From a virus, in the IMG/VR virus record IMGVR_UViG_3300028364_001588: a stretch of DNA of 64,000 nucleotides; one strand, written 5' to 3'. The notes under the pieces were generated by a model. It did no database searches. It saw only the letters and a program-made list of their open reading frames with translations, and was not told the DNA's origin. This document shows, piece after piece, positions 1-9,985 of the stretch; positions within the stretch are counted from its first letter, which is position 1; every line of letters begins with the position of its first letter. The position numbers and the translations under genes were made by a program.

Positions 1-163
1 AGACTTTGACATAGACAATATATTGTTTATAAAAAACTTGTTCAGTTTTAGAAAACTTGTCTTTATGGAAAACTCATACATCATCTGGATAACCTGTTTT
101 TAGTAACAGCTCTTATTACAACAGTGCTCTCATGAAATTTAATTTCTAAATTATTATCGTTTA

Positions 164-559
164 TCATTTGCTATTATTTTTCCAGAAATCAATATAGTGA
201 TTTATTTGCTCATCAAGCTTTAGCTCTTTTTTATTTAGATGACGATGGTATGATGTAATTATCAATCCAGATATGTCATCAGCATGGCTTAATCCAAGCT
301 TTTTAAAATACTGAAGCAAAGTGCTGTCTTCTATTCCAAATATCCAATTGTTTCTTATCCATTGGCCAAGGCCGTGATGAGATTCTGCAACAGCCTTATC
401 TTCTGAAGAGGACACAAACCAATCGCTATCCTCCGACTCTTTAAATATGTCGTCAAGATGTCTGAAACACTCTAACAAGCTGGTTGGTTGTTTTACTTCT
501 TCTTTCATTTTATTATCTCTTTCTAATACAAACTTAGATATTTTATTTCGTTTTGACAA
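164..559 (-). CDS. hypothetical protein (DUF6794-like)
   Basis: HHGLGQWIRNNW...GLSHADDISGLII motif. Confidence 0.5.
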   Translation of the reverse strand: MSKRNKISKFVLERDNKMKEEVKQPTSLLECFRHLDDIFKESEDSDWFVSSSEDKAVAESHHGLGQWIRNNWIFGIEDSTLLQYFKKLGLSHADDISGLIITSYHRHLNKKELKLDEQINHYIDFWKNNSK

Positions 560-568
560 AAAAATAAC

Positions 569-576
569 TACATTTG
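569..576 (+). promoter_or_regulatory. Bacteroidota sigma70 -7 element TACATTTG
   Basis: Matches TAnnTTTG upstream of adk; same element at 2678-2685(-), 29262-29269(-), 35775-35782(-), 58042-58049(-). Confidence 0.6.
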
Positions 577-600
577 CTTAGTTTAATATAAGAAAAAAAT

Positions 601-1170
601 ATGAAAAACATAATCATTTTTGGACCTCCTGGAACTGGGAAAGGAACAATGTCAGAGAAAGTTGCAAAAGAGTTTGGATTTAAACATATTTCTACTGGCG
701 ACATAATTAGAAAGAACCAGGAAGAGAAGACAAAGATTGGAATTCTTGCTGACAAAGTTGTAAATCAAGGAAATTTGCTTCCAGATAATATTGTCAATGA
801 AATGATTAAGCAAGAGATTATTGACAACAGCAATGCTTCTGGGCTCATATTTGACGGTTACCCAAGAACAACAGACCAAGCAAAAACTCTGGACCAATTT
901 TTAAACAAAAGAAAGGCTCCAGTTTCAAAAGTTATTCTGCTTGATGCTGACAAGTATGTTATTAAAAACAGAATTTTAGAAAGAGGAAGAGAAAGCGGAA
1001 GAAAAGATGATAACGCTGAAGTTTTCGAAACAAGATGGAGCGCCTATCAAAAGGAGACAATTCCAGCTTTAAATTATTTTGAAGGTCGTGGAATGGTTGT
1101 GAAAGTTGATAGCGAAAAATCTATTGAATCGGTTTATGATGAGGTTAAAAGTATAATTAACGCATTATGA
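601..1170 (+). CDS. adk: adenylate kinase (short LID type)
   Basis: GPPGTGKGT P-loop, HISTGD, FDGYPRT, GRKDD. Confidence 0.95.
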   Translation: MKNIIIFGPPGTGKGTMSEKVAKEFGFKHISTGDIIRKNQEEKTKIGILADKVVNQGNLLPDNIVNEMIKQEIIDNSNASGLIFDGYPRTTDQAKTLDQFLNKRKAPVSKVILLDADKYVIKNRILERGRESGRKDDNAEVFETRWSAYQKETIPALNYFEGRGMVVKVDSEKSIESVYDEVKSIINAL

Positions 1171-1733
1171 CAATTAATCTAATAGTAGCAACGACTGAGA
1201 ATGGAGTAATAGGCAAAGATGGAGACATGCTATGGAGAATGCCTGCAGACCTAAAGCATTTTAAGCATATTACAACGCTCGGAGAGAGCAATGTGATAAT
1301 CATGGGCAGAAAGACCTATGATTCAATCGGAAAACCGCTGCCTGGTAGAACTAACTATGTTGTAACCAGAAACAGAAACAAGGAAGAGACAGATTACATT
1401 AACACTGAGGTATTCAACACAATTGAGGATGCGTTACATCAAGCACAAGGTCTTGAGTATTTTCTAAAGTTAGAATTAGATGTTCACATCATAGGTGGGG
1501 CCAGCATATATGAGCAAGTCATGAAAATGGATAAAGTAGAAAGAATTCATCACACACTTATTCATACTGAATTAGATGGAGATACTTTTTTTAATATTCC
1601 AGAAGGTTGGGTTGTAAAAAGCGAAAAGCCTTATTTAGCAGATGAAGACAATGCTTACAATTACACATTTAGAGTTCTTAGGAAGGAAAAGGATTTATCT
1701 TCTCACCAAGGGTTGAATTCACTCTTTCAATAA
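1167..1733 (+). CDS. folA: dihydrofolate reductase
   Basis: IGKDGDMLW..PADLKHFK, IMGRKTYDSI, PLPGR, IIGGASIY, GDTFF. Confidence 0.95.
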   Translation: MTINLIVATTENGVIGKDGDMLWRMPADLKHFKHITTLGESNVIIMGRKTYDSIGKPLPGRTNYVVTRNRNKEETDYINTEVFNTIEDALHQAQGLEYFLKLELDVHIIGGASIYEQVMKMDKVERIHHTLIHTELDGDTFFNIPEGWVVKSEKPYLADEDNAYNYTFRVLRKEKDLSSHQGLNSLFQ

Positions 1734-2118
1734 ATGTGTGGTATTCCTCTACGTATCCAGTCTCTGCAATTATCTGAGGCTCATTCGAGCCACGCTCTAA
1801 TTCAGCAATCCTAAGATTACAGAAGCTATTGTATTCTGGCCCAATTGTGTGTGTGATTTCTATAATTTGACTTCCTCCATAGCTGGATTCAATCTCAAAC
1901 ATCCAACCCTCTTCAAATTCTGAACGTGGGAAGTAGTCGTTCATATAATACTCGGAAAGCCCGTTGATGTCTCTGGATAGTTTATTTTTACCAAACATTC
2001 TCCCAGCATCAAAATCGTAAAGAATTTGTTCTTCACCAGAAGTTTGAAGCGCTGACCCGTTTATCTCAAGTAATGCCTTCAAAAGTTCTTTCTGTATTAT
2101 TTCTCTAACTCTTTTCAT
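1678..2118 (-). CDS. putative head-internal protein
   Basis: Leader MKRVREIIQKELLKALLE; TATTTAT motif at 2125-2131. Confidence 0.45.
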   Translation of the reverse strand: MKRVREIIQKELLKALLEINGSALQTSGEEQILYDFDAGRMFGKNKLSRDINGLSEYYMNDYFPRSEFEEGWMFEIESSYGGSQIIEITHTIGPEYNSFCNLRIAELERGSNEPQIIAETGYVEEYHTFIERVNSTLGEKINPFPS

Positions 2119-2142
2119 GTACTAATAAATAGTACTTTAAAA

Positions 2143-2673
2143 TCAGGAAACCACTTTATTAAATGTGTTGACTACATCAGCCATATTGTCTATAGCTTCT
2201 ATTGTGAGAGGTCTGTCGCTCATTAGCTTGTTAACCATTGGTTCTCTAAGCTCTGCTTTTGGCGTATTTCTTATCTTATTTTCCAAAGTAAAATACTTAG
2301 CTACAACAGAAAGGTTTTCGCTTATTTTTGATATAGGGTCATAACCAAGAGCTACTGCAAAATAAGATTTAACATTATCCTTAAAGTCTGGAGACATTTG
2401 AAAATCTGAATCCTCATCGAGAGCTTTATTAATCAGCAATTTTTTATACTCTTCATAAACAAGTTTTACGTCATTTACGTTGCTTGCTGAATCTATTGAG
2501 TTGGCAATGTTAGATTTATCATCTTGAGTTAGATGAAATTCTGACATTATTCTTGTCGAATATCCAAGTTTAGCGTTAGCAAGCGTAAGTGATTGATTTG
2601 ATAGCTCCAGATTAAAAACTTTAACTTCTAAATCCTTTATCATTTGTTGTTCTGGTGTAATGTTCTCTTCCAT
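2143..2673 (-). CDS. prohead scaffold C-terminal-like protein
   Basis: NAKLGYSTRIM...LTQDDKSNI...D.A.....KLVY pattern recalled from scaffold proteins of large T4-like phages. Confidence 0.35.
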   Translation of the reverse strand: MEENITPEQQMIKDLEVKVFNLELSNQSLTLANAKLGYSTRIMSEFHLTQDDKSNIANSIDSASNVNDVKLVYEEYKKLLINKALDEDSDFQMSPDFKDNVKSYFAVALGYDPISKISENLSVVAKYFTLENKIRNTPKAELREPMVNKLMSDRPLTIEAIDNMADVVNTFNKVVS

Positions 2674-2735
2674 ACAACAAATATAATTTATTTTTATGAC
2701 TTTTCCTCTTCTTTAAGGATTTTTTTTAATGTTAG

Positions 2736-3722
2736 CTACACTTTTTCTGACTTTGTTCTCATGTCAATGAAGTTGTCTGTTTCGTCAACAATTTCATAAC
2801 CAAATATTTCTTCATGTATATCTTCAAGAGTAATGATTCCAAGTATATTGTCATGTTCATCAACAACAATTAACAAGTGCTGTCTTGCGGTTCTAAAAAT
2901 CTCCAATATGTCATCCAACTTCGTATCATCCTTTACAGTAATTGGCTCATTTGCTTTGTTCATTATTTTAGTACCCTTTCTCATTCCGAGAAGATTCTTG
3001 GCAAGGACGACTCCAACAACTTGGTCCCTCTTTGTTTTGAAGACGGGCACTCTTGTGTGACCCTTCTGAATTATGCTATCAATTAATTCTGTGGTAAGCT
3101 TTTGGTCTTCATAGAATCTATACACATTTTTCTTTGGTGTCATTACCTCTCTTGCTGTCTTATCAGAGAACGTTAGAGCTCCCATAACAGTTTTTGCTTC
3201 CCTTTCATCAATATCAGTAGTAATGTCCAGCTGGTGGTCTCTAATCATCTCGCCAATTTCAAACTTTGTATGTCGAACTGGAGGCTCAGGCCCAAGAAAA
3301 TAATCCATAATTTTAGAAAGCGGCCAACATATAACCCAAAGAGCAATCATAAACACTCTAAATACAGGAGCTGCTTTTGAACCTATTTCAAGAGGATACC
3401 TTGAGCATATTGCTTGTGGTAATATTTCACCAAACACAACAACTAATGCTGTTGCAACAATCACAGCCATTGCACCAGTAAACATCTCACTCATGTATAT
3501 TGCAAGTATGTTGTTAACTAATACGTTACCTATAAGAATCGTACAAAGAAGAAGGTTTCCATTCTTTCTAAGTCTATAAACAACATCAGCTCTCTTGTCG
3601 CCCATGCTTATTTTTCTTTGCAACTCTTCTTTCCCAAGGGACATAAACCCAAGGTTAAGTCCAGAAAATAATCCAGACATAAATAATAATCCTAAAATAA
3701 TCCCTATACTAATTAGCTCCAT
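2736..3722 (-). CDS. CNNM/CorB family Mg2+ transporter (DUF21 + CBS pair)
   Basis: LLCTILIGN, FGEILPQA, VMTP, GHTRVPV, GIITLEDIHEEIFG.EI.DE. Confidence 0.9.
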   Translation of the reverse strand: MELISIGIILGLLFMSGLFSGLNLGFMSLGKEELQRKISMGDKRADVVYRLRKNGNLLLCTILIGNVLVNNILAIYMSEMFTGAMAVIVATALVVVFGEILPQAICSRYPLEIGSKAAPVFRVFMIALWVICWPLSKIMDYFLGPEPPVRHTKFEIGEMIRDHQLDITTDIDEREAKTVMGALTFSDKTAREVMTPKKNVYRFYEDQKLTTELIDSIIQKGHTRVPVFKTKRDQVVGVVLAKNLLGMRKGTKIMNKANEPITVKDDTKLDDILEIFRTARQHLLIVVDEHDNILGIITLEDIHEEIFGYEIVDETDNFIDMRTKSEKV

Positions 3723-4866
3723 CTTCTTTTACGTGGTATTGAACTTTATAACATTCGTTGAGGTCTGGGACATCCAGGGCACCAATCATACTATTAACTG
3801 CGTCCTCTGGGACCTTGTAGTATCTGTTATGATTTTGATTTAATAAAACTTTATATGGAACCTCTATGTAGATAACTTCTACCTTGGCTCCGTAATCTTC
3901 AAATTCTTTAATAGCCTTTCCACGCATATCTTTTGTGATATTTGTTGCGTTGAATACAAAATCTTGCTTAACTCTCATGTGAACTTTACACATTTCCTTG
4001 ATGTCTTGATAGATGTGGCCTTCTGCTTTGGTGTCTCCACGCTTAACTTTTCTTTCTCTTCTCAGCGCATCAATTGATACCATTGGAAGGTCGGGTATGT
4101 TGTTTTTAATAAAAGTGTCTTTACCAGAACCTGAAACAGCGCACATAATGTAGGCTATTAAATCTTTTTCATCAAAAGGCTCATAGTCAGGGTGTGCTTC
4201 TTCTTTTTGGAAGTAGTATCTTCTACCGAGGTCGGATGCGAACTCTCTTGCGTTTCCAAAGCATTTATTATCCTTGCAAAGCTCTTCAAACAATTCTACA
4301 CGCATTAGCATTTCTTCTGAATCTTTTGCAATCCTACCAAGTATATCAGCTTTTGCAAATAGTCCAAGCATTTTCGTATTAAGAAACAAACTTGCGCCAA
4401 TAACCTCTTTATCTGGATTCTCTTTTTCTATAGCCCAAATTGGCAATCCGTGGTGACGAACAAGCTTACAAATATGTTCTCTAATTATAAATGGAGTTGA
4501 TATGTCTTTGTATAAAATTACCCTGGCAGTCTTCTCTCCTCTCTTGGCATGACTTCTTGAGGTGATTGCCATTCTCTTGACTCCATTCTCTTCAATTTCC
4601 TCTTCTTCTGTTGTGGAACGTTTTTCTATGTCATGAAACATTGCGGTTGCAAACAATATATGTTGCCCCTGTTCGTCAAAACACTTAAAATCTGGATGTG
4701 CAACAAGTGCCTCCGCCACCATTTTGGTGTGAACGAATACATCGCCTTCAGCGTGCCAGATTTTATCTTGAGGTACTCCCTTCATATCTCGGAACCAATC
4801 GAATTCTTTTTCGAGTTTGTCCCAAGGTATAGGAAGCCCTACTTCATAGTAAGGGAATTTCCACAT
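3709..4866 (-). CDS. HD-domain phosphohydrolase fused to P-loop kinase (AAA_33/Pnk-like)
   Basis: WHAEGDVFVHT, FHDIEK, ADILGR; AVSGSGKDT Walker A, FNATN. Confidence 0.85.
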   Translation of the reverse strand: MWKFPYYEVGLPIPWDKLEKEFDWFRDMKGVPQDKIWHAEGDVFVHTKMVAEALVAHPDFKCFDEQGQHILFATAMFHDIEKRSTTEEEEIEENGVKRMAITSRSHAKRGEKTARVILYKDISTPFIIREHICKLVRHHGLPIWAIEKENPDKEVIGASLFLNTKMLGLFAKADILGRIAKDSEEMLMRVELFEELCKDNKCFGNAREFASDLGRRYYFQKEEAHPDYEPFDEKDLIAYIMCAVSGSGKDTFIKNNIPDLPMVSIDALRRERKVKRGDTKAEGHIYQDIKEMCKVHMRVKQDFVFNATNITKDMRGKAIKEFEDYGAKVEVIYIEVPYKVLLNQNHNRYYKVPEDAVNSMIGALDVPDLNECYKVQYHVKEDGAN

Positions 4867-4872
4867 AATTGT

Positions 4873-4900
4873 TTATACGTAAATTTAATTGAAATGTTCT
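4873..4900 (-). promoter_or_regulatory. ECF-type promoter AAC-N16-CGTA
   Basis: GAAC-ATTTCAATTAAATTTA-CGTATAA upstream of the HD-kinase/CNNM genes. Confidence 0.6.
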
Positions 4901-5063
4901 ACTTATTTTTGCTATCTTTCTTGTAGGGGCAATGCTTGCAATTATTGTTGCAGCAAAAGTTTCTATCTCTAAGGTATGATTCGGTAAATACTTTATAAGT
5001 AATGTCACCAGATTTTTCCCAATAGAAATCTACACCCTCTTCTAATATAAGCTTCTTACTCAT
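4899..5063 (-). CDS. small Cys-rich protein (DUF5522-like)
   Basis: LEEGVDFY...VFTE.YL..R.FCC.N.CKHCPY; ATG at 5063 follows TATTTAT. Confidence 0.7.
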   Translation of the reverse strand: MSKKLILEEGVDFYWEKSGDITYKVFTESYLRDRNFCCNNNCKHCPYKKDSKNK

Positions 5064-5236
5064 TTGCAATAAATATGTAGATATAGTTACCCTCTTCAAG
5101 GGTGGATGTGCTTACCCAGGCTGGCGAATCTTGCTCAACTGCGTATGTTGTGTGTTTTGTCTTCATTATTAGTAAAAATATATACTTTATATTTCAATAT
5201 CAATAGTTTTTGTCTATTTATAATAAAGTGATTTTT

Positions 5237-5488
5237 ATGAAAAAGGAAATAATGGATATTATAAAGGAGGAGTTTGAGAGTGTTTTCTCAAAAACATTTT
5301 CTGGTGAAGAGATTTCTAATGCAATTAATAACAAGTACTTTATACACACCAAGGGTGGGAACGTCTTTTCTCCCGTAAAGCTAAACAAAGACTTTGTTGT
5401 TGGAGTAAACAATGACTGTCAACATGTTAACGTACCATTGGGTGAAATCACATTAATAGAAACCGCAGAAGAAAGATTTAGAAAATGA
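5237..5488 (+). CDS. putative head-internal protein
   Basis: Leader MKKEIMDIIKEEFE; CTATTTAT at 5214-5221. Confidence 0.45.
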   Translation: MKKEIMDIIKEEFESVFSKTFSGEEISNAINNKYFIHTKGGNVFSPVKLNKDFVVGVNNDCQHVNVPLGEITLIETAEERFRK

Positions 5489-5604
5489 TGGAAGTTGAAA
5501 ACTTTTTAGTCTTTTGGTCGAATTTTTGCGTCTTAACAGTAGGGTTTAGTTTTTAGTGAGTCTATTTATATTAGACCAGCAAAAACGGCTAATATAAAAT
5601 AGAA

Positions 5605-5889
5605 ATGTCACAAGTAGATAAGAAAATAGAATTCATTAAAATTTGGTATACATCAGAGTGTGCTAAGCTTAGCTTTGGAGATAGTCTTAAGCTTGCCAGA
5701 ATATGGATTGAAGTTTGTCTTAAAGATGAGGAGTATGAGATGGCAGCTGCAATAACAGAGGAAAGACAGAAAATAATAAAGAAACACATCAAAAATAAGA
5801 GAAGCAAAAGACGTTTGTCTCAAAAGATTGTGATTTGGATATATCTTTGCAAAAGGAAGATGTCTGCCAAGCTTAAAAATAGACGATAA
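5605..5889 (+). CDS. hypothetical protein with UVR-like motif
   Basis: EEYEMAAAI; CTATTTAT at 5562-5569. Confidence 0.5.
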   Translation: MSQVDKKIEFIKIWYTSECAKLSFGDSLKLARIWIEVCLKDEEYEMAAAITEERQKIIKKHIKNKRSKRRLSQKIVIWIYLCKRKMSAKLKNRR

Positions 5890-6207
5890 AAGTATTTTTT
5901 TTAACCCGTTAGCTTTACCAATAGAATCCCGTGTACCCTTTGACTTCGAATACCAAAAAGCTACTACTAATTCTGAATTTTCTATTATTGTTGTATTTCT
6001 TAGGAATCCAGCTTTTTTACCAAACAGGTCCCACTGGGCAAGGTAAATTTCGGTTGGCAAACCTTTTTCTTTGGCATATCTCTCAGATAATTTGTCGGCA
6101 CCCCTTGTTCCTCCAGATACTATTTTAGTGATATAAAATTGTTCTAAAGTTTTCTTAAGAAGCTCATAATCATTAAACTCCCTACCTCCTATTACTGCTA
6201 CTTTCAT
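5873..6207 (-). CDS. SLOG family (YspA/DUF2493-like) protein, frameshifted near the C-terminus
   Basis: IGGREF, IVSGG.RGAD, AGFLRN, VAFW..KSKGT; one extra A in the run at about 5895-5902 restores ...KKNTFIVYF-stop. Confidence 0.75.
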
Positions 6208-6210
6208 ATT

Positions 6211-6420
6211 TTAATATTTAAAAATCTCTGGAAGAAGGTTTTTTACCATATCTCTAAAACCATCATTACTACCAATTTCTTTTATAAGTAAAAATTTAAA
6301 CTCTTCCCTATATTTTTCATTTTTAATGATATTTTCTTTGGTTACATTTTTAAAACCATTTGCCATTAAATTACGAACACCGTTATCTATCAAATGTTCT
6401 CTAATTTGTTTATTTTCCAT
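6211..6420 (-). CDS. hypothetical protein
   Basis: Abuts neighbouring ORFs on the same strand. Confidence 0.55.
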   Translation of the reverse strand: MENKQIREHLIDNGVRNLMANGFKNVTKENIIKNEKYREEFKFLLIKEIGSNDGFRDMVKNLLPEIFKY

Positions 6421-6512
6421 TATTTTCTAAATTTAGAAGTGTTAAAAAATATGCCAACTTGGTATTCGTCAATAAAAAACATTTTTAACACTATTTATAT
6501 AAAAATAAAGTT

Positions 6513-7433
6513 ATGGCTAATAAGTTTAATACACAAATATTTATAAATAAATCAACAAAAATTCATGGTGAATATTATGACTACTCCTTGGTTGAGTATA
6601 AAAATTGTGATTCTAAAGTTAAAATAATATGCCCAAAGCATGGTAAGTTTGAGCAAATTCCTTACTTACATTATAAAAAAGGTAGTGGATGTATTAAATG
6701 TGCTGAAGAAAAAGTTGGAATGTCGTTTAGAAAGAGTGGTAAAGATTTTATCTCAGAAGCCAATAAAATACATAATTATTTTTATGATTATTCTTTTGTA
6801 AAATATGATGGTGCTCGAAAAAACATAACAATAACCTGCTTAAAACATGGAGAATTTGACCAGACTCCAACTAATCACTTAAAAGGAAAAGGTTGTAGGA
6901 AATGTTATAATGAAAAAATAAGAGACAGACTATTGATGACAACAGAAGAATTTACGTCAAGAGCTAAAATAATTCATGATTATAAATTTGACTACTCATT
7001 GGTTAGCTATAACGGTGGTAGAAATAAAGTAAAAATAATATGCCCTATACACGGAGAGTTTGAACAGACTCCAGAAAATCACCTTAGTAATCGTGGGTGC
7101 AGGAAATGTAGAAGTTCTAAAGGGGAAAAAGAAATAAGAAAAATTCTAAAAGAAAATGAGATTAATTTCAAAGAACAACACACATTTGAATTGTGTAGGC
7201 ATATAAACAAACTTCCTTTTGATTTCTATTTACCTGAACGTAATTTATGTATTGAATTTGATGGTAGACAGCATTTTGAGGTAATTGAATTTTATGGAGG
7301 ACAAAAAGGCTTTGATTCTACAAAAATAAATGACCAAATCAAAAATGATTATTGCAAAAATAATGGAGTCACACTAATTAGAATTAAGTATGACTCCATT
7401 ATAAAAAAAGAGTTAAATAAAATTATTTCCTAA
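6513..7433 (+). mobile_element. putative homing endonuclease: 3x CPxHG..CxxC repeats + DUF559/Vsr-like nuclease
   Basis: ICPKHG/CLKHG/CPIHG repeats; LPFDFYLP...IEFDGRQH; own CTATTTAT promoter at 6491-6498; antisense to the NAD cluster. Confidence 0.75.
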
Positions 7434-8277
7434 AAACATCTGTATTAAATGTTGGAATAGGTATCATCTTGTGAAGATTAGCTCTATGTCTTTTTAGATA
7501 TATTTTCATTACTTCTTTTTCTCTTTCACTACAATCTTCATATATATGAACACCAAGATTTATGTCATTTGATGCTGTACCTGTATAATAATTCATAGCC
7601 CACTCTAATTCTGAGTATGTACATCCCAATTGTTCTTCGTCTGTACGAGCGTCATCATGAAGTCCATCTGTAGGAGCAGCAACCAGGATGTCGTTGTTAA
7701 TTCCAAGCTCAGAACCTAACTTATAAACTTCTGACTTCATAAGGTCAGCGATAGGAGATAAATCAACCCCACCATCACCATACTTAGTATAGAATCCGAT
7801 TCCGAAATCCTCAACTTTGTTTCCAGTTCCAGCGACAAGCATTTTGTTCATTCCTGCATATTGATAAAGAGTTGTCATCCTAAGTCTTGAACGTGTGTTC
7901 GCCATTGAGAAATCAAAGTCTTCAGCAGAAATCATTCCTACAACTCCTTTTGATTTATTAGCATATGTGTTATAAAGAACGCCATAAGCCTCTGTAAGGT
8001 CAATCTCTTTTGAAGTTACATTGTCGAAGTTATCCTTAAGCCATTGAATGTGGTTCTTGGCTCTATCAACTTCTGCAGTCCCCTGGTGAATTGGCATTTC
8101 AAGAACCAAAAGGTTCATTCCAGTTCTTGCGCATAATGTAGACACTACTGCAGAATCAATTCCTCCAGATACTCCCATTACAAATCCGTTTGTTCCAGAT
8201 TTTCTAACGTAGTCAGTTAACCAGTCAGAAATCCCTTCTGCGATGGCGCTATAGTTAAGTGTTGTAGTTGTTTCCAT
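7423..8277 (-). CDS. nadE: NH3-dependent NAD+ synthetase
   Basis: GVSGGIDS, NTRSRLRM, GTGNKVE, GFYTKYGDG, PTDGL, DEEQLG. Confidence 0.95.
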   Translation of the reverse strand: METTTTLNYSAIAEGISDWLTDYVRKSGTNGFVMGVSGGIDSAVVSTLCARTGMNLLVLEMPIHQGTAEVDRAKNHIQWLKDNFDNVTSKEIDLTEAYGVLYNTYANKSKGVVGMISAEDFDFSMANTRSRLRMTTLYQYAGMNKMLVAGTGNKVEDFGIGFYTKYGDGGVDLSPIADLMKSEVYKLGSELGINNDILVAAPTDGLHDDARTDEEQLGCTYSELEWAMNYYTGTASNDINLGVHIYEDCSEREKEVMKIYLKRHRANLHKMIPIPTFNTDVFRK

Positions 8278-8282
8278 TTTAT

Positions 8283-8909
8283 TTATTTTTGAAATAATTT
8301 GTGTTCTTCAATGTGTTCAATTACCGCATCTGGAACGAAGTATCTATTTGAAATATTTAATTGGATGTTCTTTCTAATTAAAGTGGCAGAAATGTCAATC
8401 TGAGGAACATCTTTAAGGTATGTTGATACTGAGTGAGCTTTGTCTGTCAACTTCCACTTAGAATCCTTCTCAGACACTTCTCGTGGATATACAATCATAT
8501 CATGCATGTCAAGAATTTCTTCACGTTTTCTCCAGTAGTTACCCATTTTTCTCTGAGTATCTGTTCCAACCACGATTGTAAAATGAGTCTCTGGGTGTGC
8601 GTTTCGAAGTGCGCTTAGCGTTTCTGCAGTGTAAGATGGAACTGGCATGCTAAATTCAATATCACATGTAGAAAACTTAGGCTCATCAGCAATTGCCTTA
8701 GAAACCATCTCTAATCTATGGTTGGCATCTTCGAGTTCTCCGCTTTTTACCTTAGCAGGGTTTTGGGGGGACACAACAAACCATAATTCATCAAGGTCTG
8801 TGTGCTCAAGAGCTGCCTTAGCAACAATGAGGTGGCCAATATGAATAGGGTTGAATGAACCGAAGTATAATCCAACTTTTTTATTTAGAAGTTTAGTCTT
8901 CATTTTCAT
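8283..8909 (-). CDS. nadD: nicotinate-nucleotide adenylyltransferase
   Basis: FGSFNPIHIGH, VSPQNP, PSYT, ISATLIR. Confidence 0.95.
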   Translation of the reverse strand: MKMKTKLLNKKVGLYFGSFNPIHIGHLIVAKAALEHTDLDELWFVVSPQNPAKVKSGELEDANHRLEMVSKAIADEPKFSTCDIEFSMPVPSYTAETLSALRNAHPETHFTIVVGTDTQRKMGNYWRKREEILDMHDMIVYPREVSEKDSKWKLTDKAHSVSTYLKDVPQIDISATLIRKNIQLNISNRYFVPDAVIEHIEEHKLFQK

Positions 8910-9570
8910 CTTCGTTTATAACTTGTTCAGCAATTTTCTTTGCACGCTCCATTCTTTGATTCTCAATAAACTGTCTTCCTGCAGCAACTACTTCAGAATT
9001 TCTAAAATGCCAAAGCGCTTGTGCTCCAATTAGTGTTTTTCCATCACAAATAGTTCCATCAGCAACCATATCAAAGAACTTGCTAACACCATGTGATTCT
9101 ATCTCAATATTTTCATGCTCCCCTTCTACTCCTCCGCCATTTGAAGCTTTGTCTTCATTGGTAACAAAAGCTAAGTACAAGTAAATTTTTTCTGAAGAGT
9201 ACCCTGGAGAAGCAAAGAAAGAGTTTAGCAAGCCCATCTTTCCTTCTTGTACTTCGTACCCAATTTCTTCTTTTATCTCTCTTAAGGCAGCGTCTGATGG
9301 AGATTCTCCTTCATCAACTTTTCCAGCTGGAATTTCAAGGATATTACCATCAACTTTGTCATCAATTGGATAACGGTGTTGCTTAACAAGAATTACAGTA
9401 TCATCACTGTTGTTGTAGACAACAATAGCTACAGCGTCTGGTCTTGTAAGTTTGAATCTGTCGTAAGTTTGAACTTCTCCGTCTTCAGCAGTCTCTTCAA
9501 CAATGCCTTTATCAATTTTAAAGTACTTATCATACTCTCTTTGTTCTGTTATTACTTTAATTTTTGGCAT
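8893..9570 (-). CDS. Nudix hydrolase, ADP-ribose pyrophosphatase (NudF/NudK-like)
   Basis: Nudix box GKVDEGESPSDAALREIKEEIG; QHRYP; SPGYSSE; GGG..EHENIE. Confidence 0.85.
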   Translation of the reverse strand: MPKIKVITEQREYDKYFKIDKGIVEETAEDGEVQTYDRFKLTRPDAVAIVVYNNSDDTVILVKQHRYPIDDKVDGNILEIPAGKVDEGESPSDAALREIKEEIGYEVQEGKMGLLNSFFASPGYSSEKIYLYLAFVTNEDKASNGGGVEGEHENIEIESHGVSKFFDMVADGTICDGKTLIGAQALWHFRNSEVVAAGRQFIENQRMERAKKIAEQVINEDENED

Positions 9571-9985
9571 CGTTTATTTTTTTAATTAGGTTTTCAATTT
9601 TAGCTTTTGCTCCAACCCCAAGAGGTCTCTTGTCTCCGTCTTGCTTGTCAATCCTTACAAAAACTGCTCGTGTTTTGCAAACCAACTTTTCCATTCCAGT
9701 GTGAACATTATATTTTCTCGCTTCAAGCGCAATTACTATTGATGTGGTTCCAACACTTATTGGTTCTCCATAAATATTAACTTGCGTATTTTCTCTCACT
9801 TTTTTGAGGAATTTTACTCCCTCCATTTCTCCAGTTACCATACTGCTTGATTCACACAAGCTTGTGGCCCAAATTGCCCCAGCCTTGTCTAAAAAACTCA
9901 TCATTTTCCCACCAAAAAGATTACCATGAATTCCAAGGTCACCTTTCAATACTAATTCTCTTGTAATAAGCTCCATATTAATCAA
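9557..9985 (-). CDS. hotdog-fold acyl-CoA thioesterase (YciA-like)
   Basis: HGNLFGGKMMSFLD, VGTTSI, FVRID. Confidence 0.85.
   Translation of the reverse strand: MINMELITRELVLKGDLGIHGNLFGGKMMSFLDKAGAIWATSLCESSSMVTGEMEGVKFLKKVRENTQVNIYGEPISVGTTSIVIALEARKYNVHTGMEKLVCKTRAVFVRIDKQDGDKRPLGVGAKAKIENLIKKINDAKN

Noticed and set aside
5500-5522. Further ECF-like promoter AAC-N16-CGAA
   Set aside because: Mismatch in the CGTA core, and the downstream gene already has a TATTTAT motif.
5653-5872. C-terminal extension of the SLOG ORF in the track
   Set aside because: Runs antisense through ORF 5605-5889; explained by a homopolymer frameshift.
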